This document shows, piece by piece, positions 27,871-36,515 of a stretch of 64,000 bases of DNA. The notes under the pieces were generated by a model. The model saw nothing but the letters and a program-made list of their open reading frames with translations. It was not told where the DNA came from and did no database searches. The stretch lies in the NCBI GenBank assembly GCA_029260795.1, contig JAJDCO010000094.1, positions 161,193-225,192 of the forward strand, written 5' to 3'. Positions within the stretch are counted from its first letter, which is position 1. Each line of letters begins with the position of its first letter. This stretch comes from Planctomycetota bacterium. GTDB taxonomy: Bacteria > Planctomycetota > OFTM77. The translations under genes were made by a program, and so were the position numbers.

Positions 27871-29166
27871 ATGTTGCGTCTCAGCCTCGCCCTCTCTTGC
27901 TCACTGCTCTGCGTGTCGCCGGCCTTGGCTCAGGAAGGCAGTGATTGGCCTCAGTTCCAGGGGCCCGATCGCTCGGGCGCTTCCACCGAGACCCAGCTGG
28001 CTTGGAGCTGGGGCGAGAGAGGCCCGAAGGTGATGTGGTCGACTGAGCTCGGCCCCGGCTACGGCGGAGCGGCGGTCCTGGGTGACGAGGTCTTCGTGCT
28101 CGATCGGATCGCGGAAGAGCAAGACATCCTGCGATGCTTCGACTTGGCGACCGGCAGCGAGAAGTGGAACTTCGCCTACGCCGCTCCGGGGCGACTGGAC
28201 TACCCGGGCTCGCGCGGAGTGCCGGCCGTGACCGCGGATCACGTGTACACGATCGGCGGATTCGGCCAGGTGCTGTGCGTCGACCGCAAGACGCATGAGC
28301 CGGCTTGGAGAGTCGACCTGGCGGACCAATACGAGGCTCACATCCCGCAATGGGGCTGGGCGCAGTCGCCCTTGGTCACCGAGAAGTCGGTCATCGTGGC
28401 GCCCCTGGCCCGAGACGCGGGGCTCGCCGCCTTGAACCTCCGGACGGGCAAGGAAGTCTGGCACTCCCCGGGACTGGGCACGACGCACTCCTCTCCGGCA
28501 TTGCTACACATCCAAGGGAAGGACCAGGTCCTCTTGGTCACGACCAAGGGTCGCACCGGTCTGATCACGAGCGTGGATCCGAAGACGGGGCAGATCCTGT
28601 GGCAGCACGACCAGTACTTCTGCCGTTTCCCCATCACGGCACCCATTCGAATCGACGACGAGCGCGTGTTCGTAACGGGCGGCTACGGAGCCGGCTCACT
28701 CATGCTGAAGGTCGCACGGGGCTCGAGCAAGAGCTGGTCGGTAACCGAGCTCTATCGGCTGGAGAAGGGCTCTCAGGTTCACCTCCCGATGCTGATCGAC
28801 GATCATCTCTATCTCATGGCGAACGAGAACGGCACGGACAGTCCTCGGCGGCGCCAGAATGGCGGCCTGATGTGTGTCGATCTGAAGGGCAACGTGAAAT
28901 GGCGCACCGGCGCCGAGCCCTACTTCGGTCGCGGAAACTCGATCGTGGTCGGTGGCCAGCTGATTACGCAGGACGGCCTCAGCGGCACGCTGCGAGTCAT
29001 CGAGCCGTCGCCTTCCCAGTACCGTGCCATTGCCGAGGCGAATGTGTTCGGCACCGAGACGCAGCGCGACGAGCACATGTGGGCGCCGATGGCGCTGAGC
29101 CGAGGTCGTCTGCTGATGCGGAGCCAAGATCGGATGCTCTGCCTGGACGTCCGCGCCAGCCAGTGA
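27871..29166 (+). CDS. PQQ-like beta-propeller repeat protein (BamB/PQQ_2-like), secreted (paralog 1)
   Basis: 431 aa; signal peptide; N-terminal WPQFQGPDRSG motif shared by the six paralogs; repeated propeller blades (G..YA.D..TG...W). Confidence 0.82.
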   Translation: MLRLSLALSCSLLCVSPALAQEGSDWPQFQGPDRSGASTETQLAWSWGERGPKVMWSTELGPGYGGAAVLGDEVFVLDRIAEEQDILRCFDLATGSEKWNFAYAAPGRLDYPGSRGVPAVTADHVYTIGGFGQVLCVDRKTHEPAWRVDLADQYEAHIPQWGWAQSPLVTEKSVIVAPLARDAGLAALNLRTGKEVWHSPGLGTTHSSPALLHIQGKDQVLLVTTKGRTGLITSVDPKTGQILWQHDQYFCRFPITAPIRIDDERVFVTGGYGAGSLMLKVARGSSKSWSVTELYRLEKGSQVHLPMLIDDHLYLMANENGTDSPRRRQNGGLMCVDLKGNVKWRTGAEPYFGRGNSIVVGGQLITQDGLSGTLRVIEPSPSQYRAIAEANVFGTETQRDEHMWAPMALSRGRLLMRSQDRMLCLDVRASQ

Positions 29167-29179
29167 GGCCGAGAAGAGG

Positions 29180-29214
29180 ATCAGCCCCGACCGATCGAAT
29201 GGTACGGGGCTGAT
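29180..29214. terminator. Hairpin between convergent genes (candidate bidirectional terminator)
   Basis: ATCAGCCCCG ... CGGGGCTGAT, 10-bp stem with 15-nt loop, 14 nt after the stop of the 27871-29166 gene. Confidence 0.3.
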
Positions 29215-29272
29215 TCGTGCTTGCGAGCGGGGTTGAGAGCGATCCACCCGCAGATTCTCGGTCAGGCGATCG

Positions 29273-29641
29273 TCAATCCGAGACGAGGGTCGTGCTCGTT
29301 CCATCCAGTCGGATGGAGAAGTGCGGCCGACCTCCGGTCTCGCGATTCAAATAGGCGACGAGGTCCATCCAACGATCGAGCTCGGACCCGGAGCTAGTCT
29401 CCAGATCGAAGGCCTCTGATCGTGTCGTCGCGCGCTTCGGAGCCGACAGGGTGCTCGTCGATTGCCGACCGGCTTGACTCGCCTTCTTCTTTCGTTGCGC
29501 GCGCTTTGCAGGGCTCGTTCCGAACACCTCACCCAGGTTGGCGGGCGGAATGCCCTTTCCGAACTTCTTCTTCACCTGGCTCTGAAGCGCACCCACGTTG
29601 CGCGCTTTGCCCTGTTGGAAGATCTTCTTACCGTAGGCCAT
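29273..29641 (-). CDS. Hypothetical small basic protein
   Basis: Start set at ATG 29641 (MAYGKKIFQQGKARNVG...); Lys-rich N-terminus and C-terminal ELDRWMDLVAYLNRETGGRPHFSIRLDG; no family recognised, so coding status is uncertain. Confidence 0.35.
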   Translation of the reverse strand: MAYGKKIFQQGKARNVGALQSQVKKKFGKGIPPANLGEVFGTSPAKRAQRKKKASQAGRQSTSTLSAPKRATTRSEAFDLETSSGSELDRWMDLVAYLNRETGGRPHFSIRLDGTSTTLVSD

Positions 29642-29809
29642 GCGTTCTTGCAGAGTCGCTTCAGCCAAAATTCCACCCTCTCGCAATCGGGAATGTCTCA
29701 ACTTCATTCCCCCTTCGTCGGCCCTTATAACAGGCCACTCCGAGAAGGTCTCTCACGTATTTGAGCGGAATTGCGAAACGCGAGCATCTCGTCCCACAAT
29801 CCACGAGCT

Positions 29810-31084
29810 TCATTGCCAGGAGTATGCCGCCAGGCCGGTGAGCTCTCGAATGAAGATCTCGCGGCCGGACATTGCCAAATGAGCCCAGGTCTCCTGCTCC
29901 GAGACTCCGGCCTGATCCAGAACCTGGTAGGACTCGGGATTCGCCCGCAGCAAGTACAGCCGACCCGAGTCGGCCAACGCCAGGATACGGTCGCCCTGAC
30001 GTACCAGAGACCAGTAGGAGTCGCCAGTCGGAGGCGAGGTCCAACACGTCTCGCCGGTCGGAAGGTGAATGCAGGTGAATCGATTCGCACGCGTGAACAG
30101 ATAGGCATGCTCGTCGATGATCACCGGCGAGGTCATGTAGCCTTGGGTGGAGTTCTGCCAACCGGCCTCGATGTTCCAGCCGGCCTCGAGTCGACTCACG
30201 TTCAGCAGACGAGCCCTCGCGCCGTATGCGGCCGTGAAGATCCCTTCGTCAAAGACGATCGGCGTCAGGATGTTCATGCCGCGAAACGATGGCGTTTGCA
30301 TTCGCCACAGCACCGCGCCCTCCGACTCGCTCACGCCCTGGAGGTGAGTCCGCGACTGCACAACGAGCTGAGGGACACCACCCAGCGTGACACGGACTGG
30401 AGAGGCGAAGGCGCTGCCGTTCATGCCGCCCCCATCTCCCAGCGAGCGCCAGATCTCCTTGCCGGTCTCCTTGTTCAGCTTGACGAAGGCTCCGCCCGCT
30501 TGCACGTAGACCGCGTCGCCCACGACCAGCGGAGAGCAAACGAAGCCAAAGGCCGGGAGGTCGGTGCCTTGATCTTCGGAAAAGTCGACTCGCCAAACCA
30601 CTTCACCCGTCTTCGCGTCGAGGCACACGAGCAGGTCGCACATGCCGGCCACGTAGAGGCGTTGCCCGTCGAACGCAGGCGTCGAGCGCACCCAGGATCC
30701 GTTGCGAGCCGCGAAGAAGGGCACCTTCATGGCCCCCTCCCACTCAATCTTCCACAGCTCGTGCCCCGTTCGACGGTCCAGGGCGCGGACGACCTCGTGC
30801 GTCTCGTCTCGCGTCTCGACCGAGAAGACTCGGTCCGCGGTCACGATCGGCCCCGCGTAGCTCTCCCCGAGCTCGACTCGCCATTGCAGCTTCAGTCGCG
30901 CGTCTCCAAAGCCCTCCGGCCAGGTCGGCCCCGTGAACGTCCCGTCTCGCACCGGCCCTCGCCACTGGTTCCAATCCACGGGAGCGTCGGTCGTCAAAGT
31001 CTCGGCCGTCTTTTGGACGTCGTCATCCGAGAGACCGAATCCGAGTAGCGACAGGAGTCCAGAAGTCAGTGCCAGCGTGATCAT
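29810..31084 (-). CDS. PQQ-like beta-propeller repeat protein (paralog 2)
   Basis: Start set at ATG 31084 (MITLALTSGLLSLLGFG signal); WNQWRGPVRDG motif; propeller repeats. Confidence 0.8.
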   Translation of the reverse strand: MITLALTSGLLSLLGFGLSDDDVQKTAETLTTDAPVDWNQWRGPVRDGTFTGPTWPEGFGDARLKLQWRVELGESYAGPIVTADRVFSVETRDETHEVVRALDRRTGHELWKIEWEGAMKVPFFAARNGSWVRSTPAFDGQRLYVAGMCDLLVCLDAKTGEVVWRVDFSEDQGTDLPAFGFVCSPLVVGDAVYVQAGGAFVKLNKETGKEIWRSLGDGGGMNGSAFASPVRVTLGGVPQLVVQSRTHLQGVSESEGAVLWRMQTPSFRGMNILTPIVFDEGIFTAAYGARARLLNVSRLEAGWNIEAGWQNSTQGYMTSPVIIDEHAYLFTRANRFTCIHLPTGETCWTSPPTGDSYWSLVRQGDRILALADSGRLYLLRANPESYQVLDQAGVSEQETWAHLAMSGREIFIRELTGLAAYSWQ

Positions 31085-31189
31085 GAACCGCTCCAGGGAG
31101 ATGTCGACGACTGAGAGCACCCCGAGATGGGGGACGCGCTGACGTTCGACGGACAGCTCGGGGCAGATTCAGGCAGCGGCGAGGCTCCC

Positions 31190-31909
31190 TCAGTTCGAGC
31201 GCGCCCCGATCGGAATCAGGTAGAGCGGGAGCTCGCGAGGAGACCCCCCCAGCGCCGCACGCACGAGATCGGAATCGATCCCTCCGACGGGCACGGCCCC
31301 CAGATCGAGCGCAGTCGCTTGCAGCAACAGGTTCTGGGCCGCGTGCCCGGCCTCGAGCTGCACGTAACGGGGCGCGATCTCGGCGTCGTACTCCGCGGCC
31401 ATGCGGTCGACGACGCCACACAGCACGAAGACCGCGGGCGCTTGGGCGAGGACCTTCTGATCGTAGGCGGCCGCAGGCAGCGCCGAACGCAGGTCTCCTC
31501 GGCGGTACAAGATCAGGCGATGGTCCTGCGGCTCGTAATGATAAAGGCCTTCCGGCAGCACGATCCACAGCTCGAGTGGGTAAGCGGGTCCAGCCGACGG
31601 CGCCGTGCGATGCCCATCGGCGTCCGTCGTCCCCTGTGCAGCCCAGGCGAGCTGCGAGATCTCTTCACGGCTCAGAGAGCGACCTCCGAACTCACGAATC
31701 GAGCGCCGTTGAGCCAAGACCTCTTCGAGCGACCGCTCCCCTTTCAATCGGGGTGCGGGAAGCTCGATCGTCTCCAGAGCCTCGCCTCGCTCGATCGGTC
31801 CCGAGCCGGTCTCGTCGCCACAGCTCGCCAGCCCGGCGAGCCCAATCAGGAGCACGAGACGACACAGGCCCGTCACTCGGATCACTGAGACTCCCCGGCT
31901 TGGAGGCAC
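31190..31909 (-). CDS. SagB-type dehydrogenase / nitroreductase-family protein (lipoprotein-like signal)
   Basis: 239 aa; nitroreductase-like N-terminal motif RRSIREF...LSREEISQLAWAAQG and SagB-like PSAGPAYP; N-terminal LAGLASCG lipobox-like signal. Confidence 0.78.
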   Translation of the reverse strand: MPPSRGVSVIRVTGLCRLVLLIGLAGLASCGDETGSGPIERGEALETIELPAPRLKGERSLEEVLAQRRSIREFGGRSLSREEISQLAWAAQGTTDADGHRTAPSAGPAYPLELWIVLPEGLYHYEPQDHRLILYRRGDLRSALPAAAYDQKVLAQAPAVFVLCGVVDRMAAEYDAEIAPRYVQLEAGHAAQNLLLQATALDLGAVPVGGIDSDLVRAALGGSPRELPLYLIPIGARSN

Positions 31910-33147
31910 AGCAAGGCTCCGCGCGTCCGGACGAAGAGACGTCCCTGGGACCAGGCGGGAGTCGCCTGTGTGGGCTCACCGAGCTCGAGTCGCTGCAGCA
32001 GGCCAAACTCGGCTGCCGCACGAAGCACGAGCAGCTCGCCCGACGTGGTTCCGATGACGAAACGCTCGCCGATGCGAATCGGGGAGCCGAAGGTCTCGCC
32101 CCCCTCGACGCGCTCGCGCCAGTGGACCTCACCGGTCGAGCGGTCCAAGCAAGACGCCACTCCCGAGTCGCTCCAAAGAAACAGAGCGTCTCCGAGTCCG
32201 ATCGGGCTCGGAACGTAGGGGAGCGCCTGCTGGGCGCGAAAGAGGATCTCGGGCGCTTCCTTCGCCGGGTCGAGTGGGAGACGAACCGTGACGCTCTCCT
32301 TGCCCCCTCCACCGGAGCCTGCAGCCTGGATGAGTGTCCTCCCGACCAAACCAGATGATCCCACGCAGCGTTGCTCGAACAGGTCCTCCAAGGACCACAA
32401 GACCCGCCCGGTGCTCGGCTCGATCCCCGTCAAGCCGTGAGCCGTGCTCGCCGTGACGATCTGGATCGGTCCCCCATCGGGCTCGAAGGCCACGGGCGTC
32501 GCGTACGAGGCGCGAACGCTTCGACGGGGAATCCGCCATCGATCACGACCGGTCGCGGGGTCGAGACCGACGAGAAAGCCGTCTTCGCCCTCGTGCTCCT
32601 TCGCGACGATGAGGACGCCTTGAACGAGCAAGGGCGAAGCGCCACTACCGTGCTGGGCCTGGAAGGCACCCAGGTCTCGACGCCAAGCGGGCTCGCCGTC
32701 CAGCTTCAGAGCCAGCAGCTCGAGCTTCTCACCACTCGTCCAAGAGACATAGAGACGCTCACCGTCCACGGCCGGTGTCGAGGCCGCGAAGCTGTTGAGC
32801 CGGTGTTGCGAGTGGGACTGAAACTCGTACGAGCGCGACCACTGGACGGTGCCCGTTCGCACGTCGAGACAAGTGACGCGGCGTTTTCCGGTGTCGGGCA
32901 TCTCCTCGGTGAGGAAGAGCCGGTCGCCGCGGACCACGGGCGACGAGTGCCCTTGTCCTCCGGTCTTCACGCGCCACACGATCTCGAGCGGTCCCGCGTC
33001 GGCGGGCCATCCGGCATCGACCTGTCCGCGGGCGCCAGGCCCTCGGAAACCGGGCCAGTCCTGACTCGGCCAGCCGAGGCTTCCAAAGAGCAACGAGAAC
33101 ACCAGCAGGCTCATGAGCCACCGGACGAGCCGAACGCCGTGGCTCAT
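31882..33147 (-). CDS. PQQ-like beta-propeller repeat protein (paralog 3)
   Basis: Start set at ATG 33147 (MSHGVRLVRWLMSLLVFSLLFGSLG signal); WPGFRGPGARG motif. Confidence 0.8.
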   Translation of the reverse strand: MSHGVRLVRWLMSLLVFSLLFGSLGWPSQDWPGFRGPGARGQVDAGWPADAGPLEIVWRVKTGGQGHSSPVVRGDRLFLTEEMPDTGKRRVTCLDVRTGTVQWSRSYEFQSHSQHRLNSFAASTPAVDGERLYVSWTSGEKLELLALKLDGEPAWRRDLGAFQAQHGSGASPLLVQGVLIVAKEHEGEDGFLVGLDPATGRDRWRIPRRSVRASYATPVAFEPDGGPIQIVTASTAHGLTGIEPSTGRVLWSLEDLFEQRCVGSSGLVGRTLIQAAGSGGGGKESVTVRLPLDPAKEAPEILFRAQQALPYVPSPIGLGDALFLWSDSGVASCLDRSTGEVHWRERVEGGETFGSPIRIGERFVIGTTSGELLVLRAAAEFGLLQRLELGEPTQATPAWSQGRLFVRTRGALLCLQAGESQ

Positions 33148-33181
33148 GGACCATCTCCTCCTCGAGGGTGAGTCTTCTCGT

Positions 33182-34510
33182 TCAGGCTCCGCTCGCCTCA
33201 CCTTCGCCGCCGCCACTTCGGTGGATTCGCGGGCTCGCCTGACTCGGTGCCAGCGGGCGACCGTGCGAGAGCGGCTCGGGCAGAGTAGCAAAGGCCCTCA
33301 TGTCCTCGAACATCTGACCGAGGCTTTCTTGATAGACATTGCCGATCAGGCAATCCGTCAACGCCCGCCCGTGACTCGGGTGCGCCTTGAGGAAGTCACC
33401 AAAGTTGAAGCTCGAATCATAGAAGGCATAGACCAGTCGGCGCATGGCCTCGATGCCTTCGCAGAACCGATCGCCGTACTCGGTGAAGCGAGCGGCGCTG
33501 CAGTCTCCGTCCTTCAGGGCTTGCTCGACGGCATCCGCAGCCATGACCCCGGACTGCAAGGCCAGGAAGACACCGGAAGAGAAGACCGGGTCCAGGAAGG
33601 CGAAGGCATCGCCGGCGAGCAACAGGCCGTTGGCCGCGCAATGTCGCGATCGGTAGGAGTAGTCACCGGTCACCCGGAAGCTGCCGGCCTGTCGGCCTCC
33701 TCGAACGTGATCCCGAACCCACGGTTGAATGGCGAGCTCGCGCCGAAAGATCTCCTCGGGGTCGCGCGTGCCGCGGTACAGATACTCGCGGTCGGCGACG
33801 ACTCCGACGCTCACGCGATCATTCGCCATCGGGATGTACCAGAACCAGCCCTTCTCGGGCAGGTATGCGACCGTGGTCGCACCGGCATCGACACCGGTGT
33901 CGCGCTGAGCTCCGTCGAAGTAGGTCCAGATCGCGATCTTCTTGAGCACCTGATCCGGGATGCGCCACGAGTTCCGGAGCTGGGAGAAGGTATCCCGACC
34001 GCTGGCATCGATGGTGATGGGCGCATAGACCTCGTAGGTGCCGAGGTCCTTGGAATCGACCTCGAGGCCGGCCACCGAGTCTCCGTCCCAGATCAGCTGC
34101 CGGGCGGAGGTTTCGAACCGAGCCTCGGCTCCTTTCTCCACGGCATTGTCGACCATCAGAGTGTCGAAGTCGCTGCGCACGACCTGCCAGGTCCGCGAGC
34201 TGGGGTGATCGTCATGGTCGACGAAGTAGAAGGGTTTCGAGAGCTTGCCGCCAGTGTCGACGAACTGCACGCTCAGCTTCGGAAAGGCGAAGGCCGCCTG
34301 GTTCATCTTCTCCACCAGGCCCAGCCGATCGAGCGCGAACCAACAGTACGGGATCAAGGACTCCCCGACTCGGTAGCGAGGAAAGCTCTCCCGCTCGAGA
34401 ATGAGGACGGATCGACCGTACTCGGCCAAGACGGCGGCTGTCGCAGATCCTGCCGGTCCGGCGCCAATGACGATGGCGTCGAACTCGACCGGATGAGTCT
34501 TCGAGTTCAT
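33182..34510 (-). CDS. Flavin-dependent halogenase-like FAD enzyme (tryptophan-halogenase family)
   Basis: 442 aa; GxGxxG (IVIGAGPAGSATA), GESLIP region, Lys-containing AAFAFPKLSVQF segment, WxWxIP motif (GWFWYIP), C-terminal FLDPVFSSG motif. Confidence 0.8.
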   Translation of the reverse strand: MNSKTHPVEFDAIVIGAGPAGSATAAVLAEYGRSVLILERESFPRYRVGESLIPYCWFALDRLGLVEKMNQAAFAFPKLSVQFVDTGGKLSKPFYFVDHDDHPSSRTWQVVRSDFDTLMVDNAVEKGAEARFETSARQLIWDGDSVAGLEVDSKDLGTYEVYAPITIDASGRDTFSQLRNSWRIPDQVLKKIAIWTYFDGAQRDTGVDAGATTVAYLPEKGWFWYIPMANDRVSVGVVADREYLYRGTRDPEEIFRRELAIQPWVRDHVRGGRQAGSFRVTGDYSYRSRHCAANGLLLAGDAFAFLDPVFSSGVFLALQSGVMAADAVEQALKDGDCSAARFTEYGDRFCEGIEAMRRLVYAFYDSSFNFGDFLKAHPSHGRALTDCLIGNVYQESLGQMFEDMRAFATLPEPLSHGRPLAPSQASPRIHRSGGGEGEASGA

Positions 34511-34578
34511 GGAGCAAGCTCTTCTGGAGGATCAGGACTCGGAAGCGATCGAGTCGATCCCGGGTGACCGGGACAGCG

Positions 34579-36405
34579 TTATCCGTCTCTTCGTTCACCC
34601 ACGGCAATGAGATGATGCTGAGTCCGAAAATACAAAACACCTTCCGAGAGGGCGGGCGACGCCATCGTCGGATCCTTCAATGAGTTGACCTCGAGAATCT
34701 CGAACTCCGGTCCCAGCTTCACGACGTAAACCTCCCCGTCCTCACTCGCCTGGTACAGCTTCCCGTCTCCAGAAACGCCCGAAGCCGTGAAGCCGTAGCC
34801 GCCCATCTGGGTGTTGGCGAGTCGCTCGCGATAGATCTCGTCGCCCGTTTTGGCGTCGAAGCACGACAGGACACCGAGATCGTTGCAGCAGTAGAGAAGG
34901 TCGCTCGCGACCAACGGCGTCTGCATGTAGTTGCCGCGCCGCATGTGGAACCAGGCGAGGTCCTTACTGGTCGGCAGCGTCGAGAGCTTACCGCTGGCAT
35001 CGAGCGGAATCGCATAGATCGGCGCGTGGCGTCCATGCGCATTCGTGATGTAGGCGAGGTCATTCGCGACGATCGGTGTCGGGACCGGGATGTCCCCGCC
35101 CCCTTCCAACCACCAGAGCGCCTCTCCCGTCTCGAGGTCATATCCGCCGATGTGCTTCCAGCCATTGCAGATCACCTGCGACCGCTGCTTCCCGACGTGC
35201 ACGGTCGGCGTTCCCCAGGTGGGCACTTCCTCACGCTCGGTGCGCCAGAGGTCTTCGCCCGTCTCGAGCGACAAGGCCCCCACCCACGACTGCGCTTGAA
35301 TGTCGACCTGAAGGATGATCTTGTCCTCGTGGATGACCGGTGAGCTCGCGAAGCCCCACTGAGCCTGCGGCATCGAGAAGTAGCCCGAGTCCAGGAGACC
35401 GAAGTCCTCGCGCTTCCACAGCAGCTTGCCATCGCGGTCGTAGCAGTAGAGCCCTTCCGAGCCGAAGAACGCGACCACACGATCGCCGTTCGTCGCGACC
35501 GACGAGGCGGCGTGGCTGCCCTTGGGATGCCGCTTCACCTGGGGCATCCCGCCCCACGCCGTCTGCGACCACAGCAGATTGCCCGTGTGCTTGTCGTAGC
35601 AGAGCACACGAAACGTCTGAGCGCCTTCGTCTTCCACCGGCGCGATCGAGCCGTACAACCCGACCTTGAGCTCGGCCTCACCTTCGTTCGCACCGACCGC
35701 CGTCGTCAGGTAGAGACGTTCGCCCCAGATCACGGGGCTCGAGTGCGCCAAGCCCGGAACGTCGATCTTGAAGACGACGTTCTCGCCGCTTTCGACGTTC
35801 CACTTCGTCGGCAGCGGATACCCGTCGGAGTGGCCTCGAGCCTGCTCGCCGCGGAAGGCCGGCCAGTTGCCGTCGCCCTTATCTGTGGGAGCCGGACCGT
35901 CACTCGCCTCGGCCCGCTTCTCGAGGCGCCCATACATCTGGCCACCATGGTCGCCCGCATCCCAGATGCCCGCGTATTGTCCGCGGAAGAACACGACGCG
36001 CGCGGAGAACGTGCCCATGCCCGGCACCGGCACGTCCGTGAGCGTGATGACGGGCGTATCTCCTGCCCACTTCACCTTGACGGGTGCCGGCCAGACCGAG
36101 TCCGTCTTGCCGTACTGGATCCGGGCCGTGATCAGCCAGAGGTCCCCGATCATCTTGCGCGCACCCTGAATCGAGTAGCGCTCCTCTTGCGGGGCCGTCT
36201 TTTGACCCGTGACGGTGAAATGTCCGACCAGGTCGACTCCGGTCAGCATCTGGGCGAACTCGTCCTCGAGACGCTCACGGTCGTTCGGCTTGGCCGTCTC
36301 GGGGGGCGGAGCCGACTCGTCGGTTTCGGTTTGAGCGATCAACGGCAACGTGCCGACACCCAAGACCAGCAGAACGACAGCCCGGGCGAGCCAGTGGCGG
36401 ATCAT
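34579..36405 (-). CDS. PQQ-like beta-propeller repeat protein with ~170 aa N-terminal extension (paralog 4)
   Basis: 608 aa; signal peptide; extra N-terminal domain, then WPAFRGEQARG and propeller repeats. Confidence 0.8.
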   Translation of the reverse strand: MIRHWLARAVVLLVLGVGTLPLIAQTETDESAPPPETAKPNDRERLEDEFAQMLTGVDLVGHFTVTGQKTAPQEERYSIQGARKMIGDLWLITARIQYGKTDSVWPAPVKVKWAGDTPVITLTDVPVPGMGTFSARVVFFRGQYAGIWDAGDHGGQMYGRLEKRAEASDGPAPTDKGDGNWPAFRGEQARGHSDGYPLPTKWNVESGENVVFKIDVPGLAHSSPVIWGERLYLTTAVGANEGEAELKVGLYGSIAPVEDEGAQTFRVLCYDKHTGNLLWSQTAWGGMPQVKRHPKGSHAASSVATNGDRVVAFFGSEGLYCYDRDGKLLWKREDFGLLDSGYFSMPQAQWGFASSPVIHEDKIILQVDIQAQSWVGALSLETGEDLWRTEREEVPTWGTPTVHVGKQRSQVICNGWKHIGGYDLETGEALWWLEGGGDIPVPTPIVANDLAYITNAHGRHAPIYAIPLDASGKLSTLPTSKDLAWFHMRRGNYMQTPLVASDLLYCCNDLGVLSCFDAKTGDEIYRERLANTQMGGYGFTASGVSGDGKLYQASEDGEVYVVKLGPEFEILEVNSLKDPTMASPALSEGVLYFRTQHHLIAVGERRDG

Positions 36406-36515
36406 CCGTCCTTCTCCTCAAATCGATCGGCGTCACGGGGAGGCGCCGAGGTCCGGACCCCGGCGAGCGAGCGAAGTGCCCATTCTACGGTCAACTCGTT
36501 GCCGATGTTGAATCT

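Noticed and set aside
29206-29560. Possible tmRNA (ssrA) starting GGGGCUGAUUCGUGCUUGCGAGCGGGG
   Set aside because: No T-arm (GGTTCRANTCC) or terminal CCA-containing acceptor 3' half found downstream on either strand; the motif is better explained as the 3' arm of a terminator hairpin.
31190-34510. Azole-RiPP (TOMM) biosynthetic cluster implied by the SagB-type dehydrogenase
   Set aside because: No YcaO cyclodehydratase, no E1-like/Ocin-ThiF partner and no plausible precursor peptide in the window; SagB-family proteins also occur as stand-alone nitroreductase-like enzymes.
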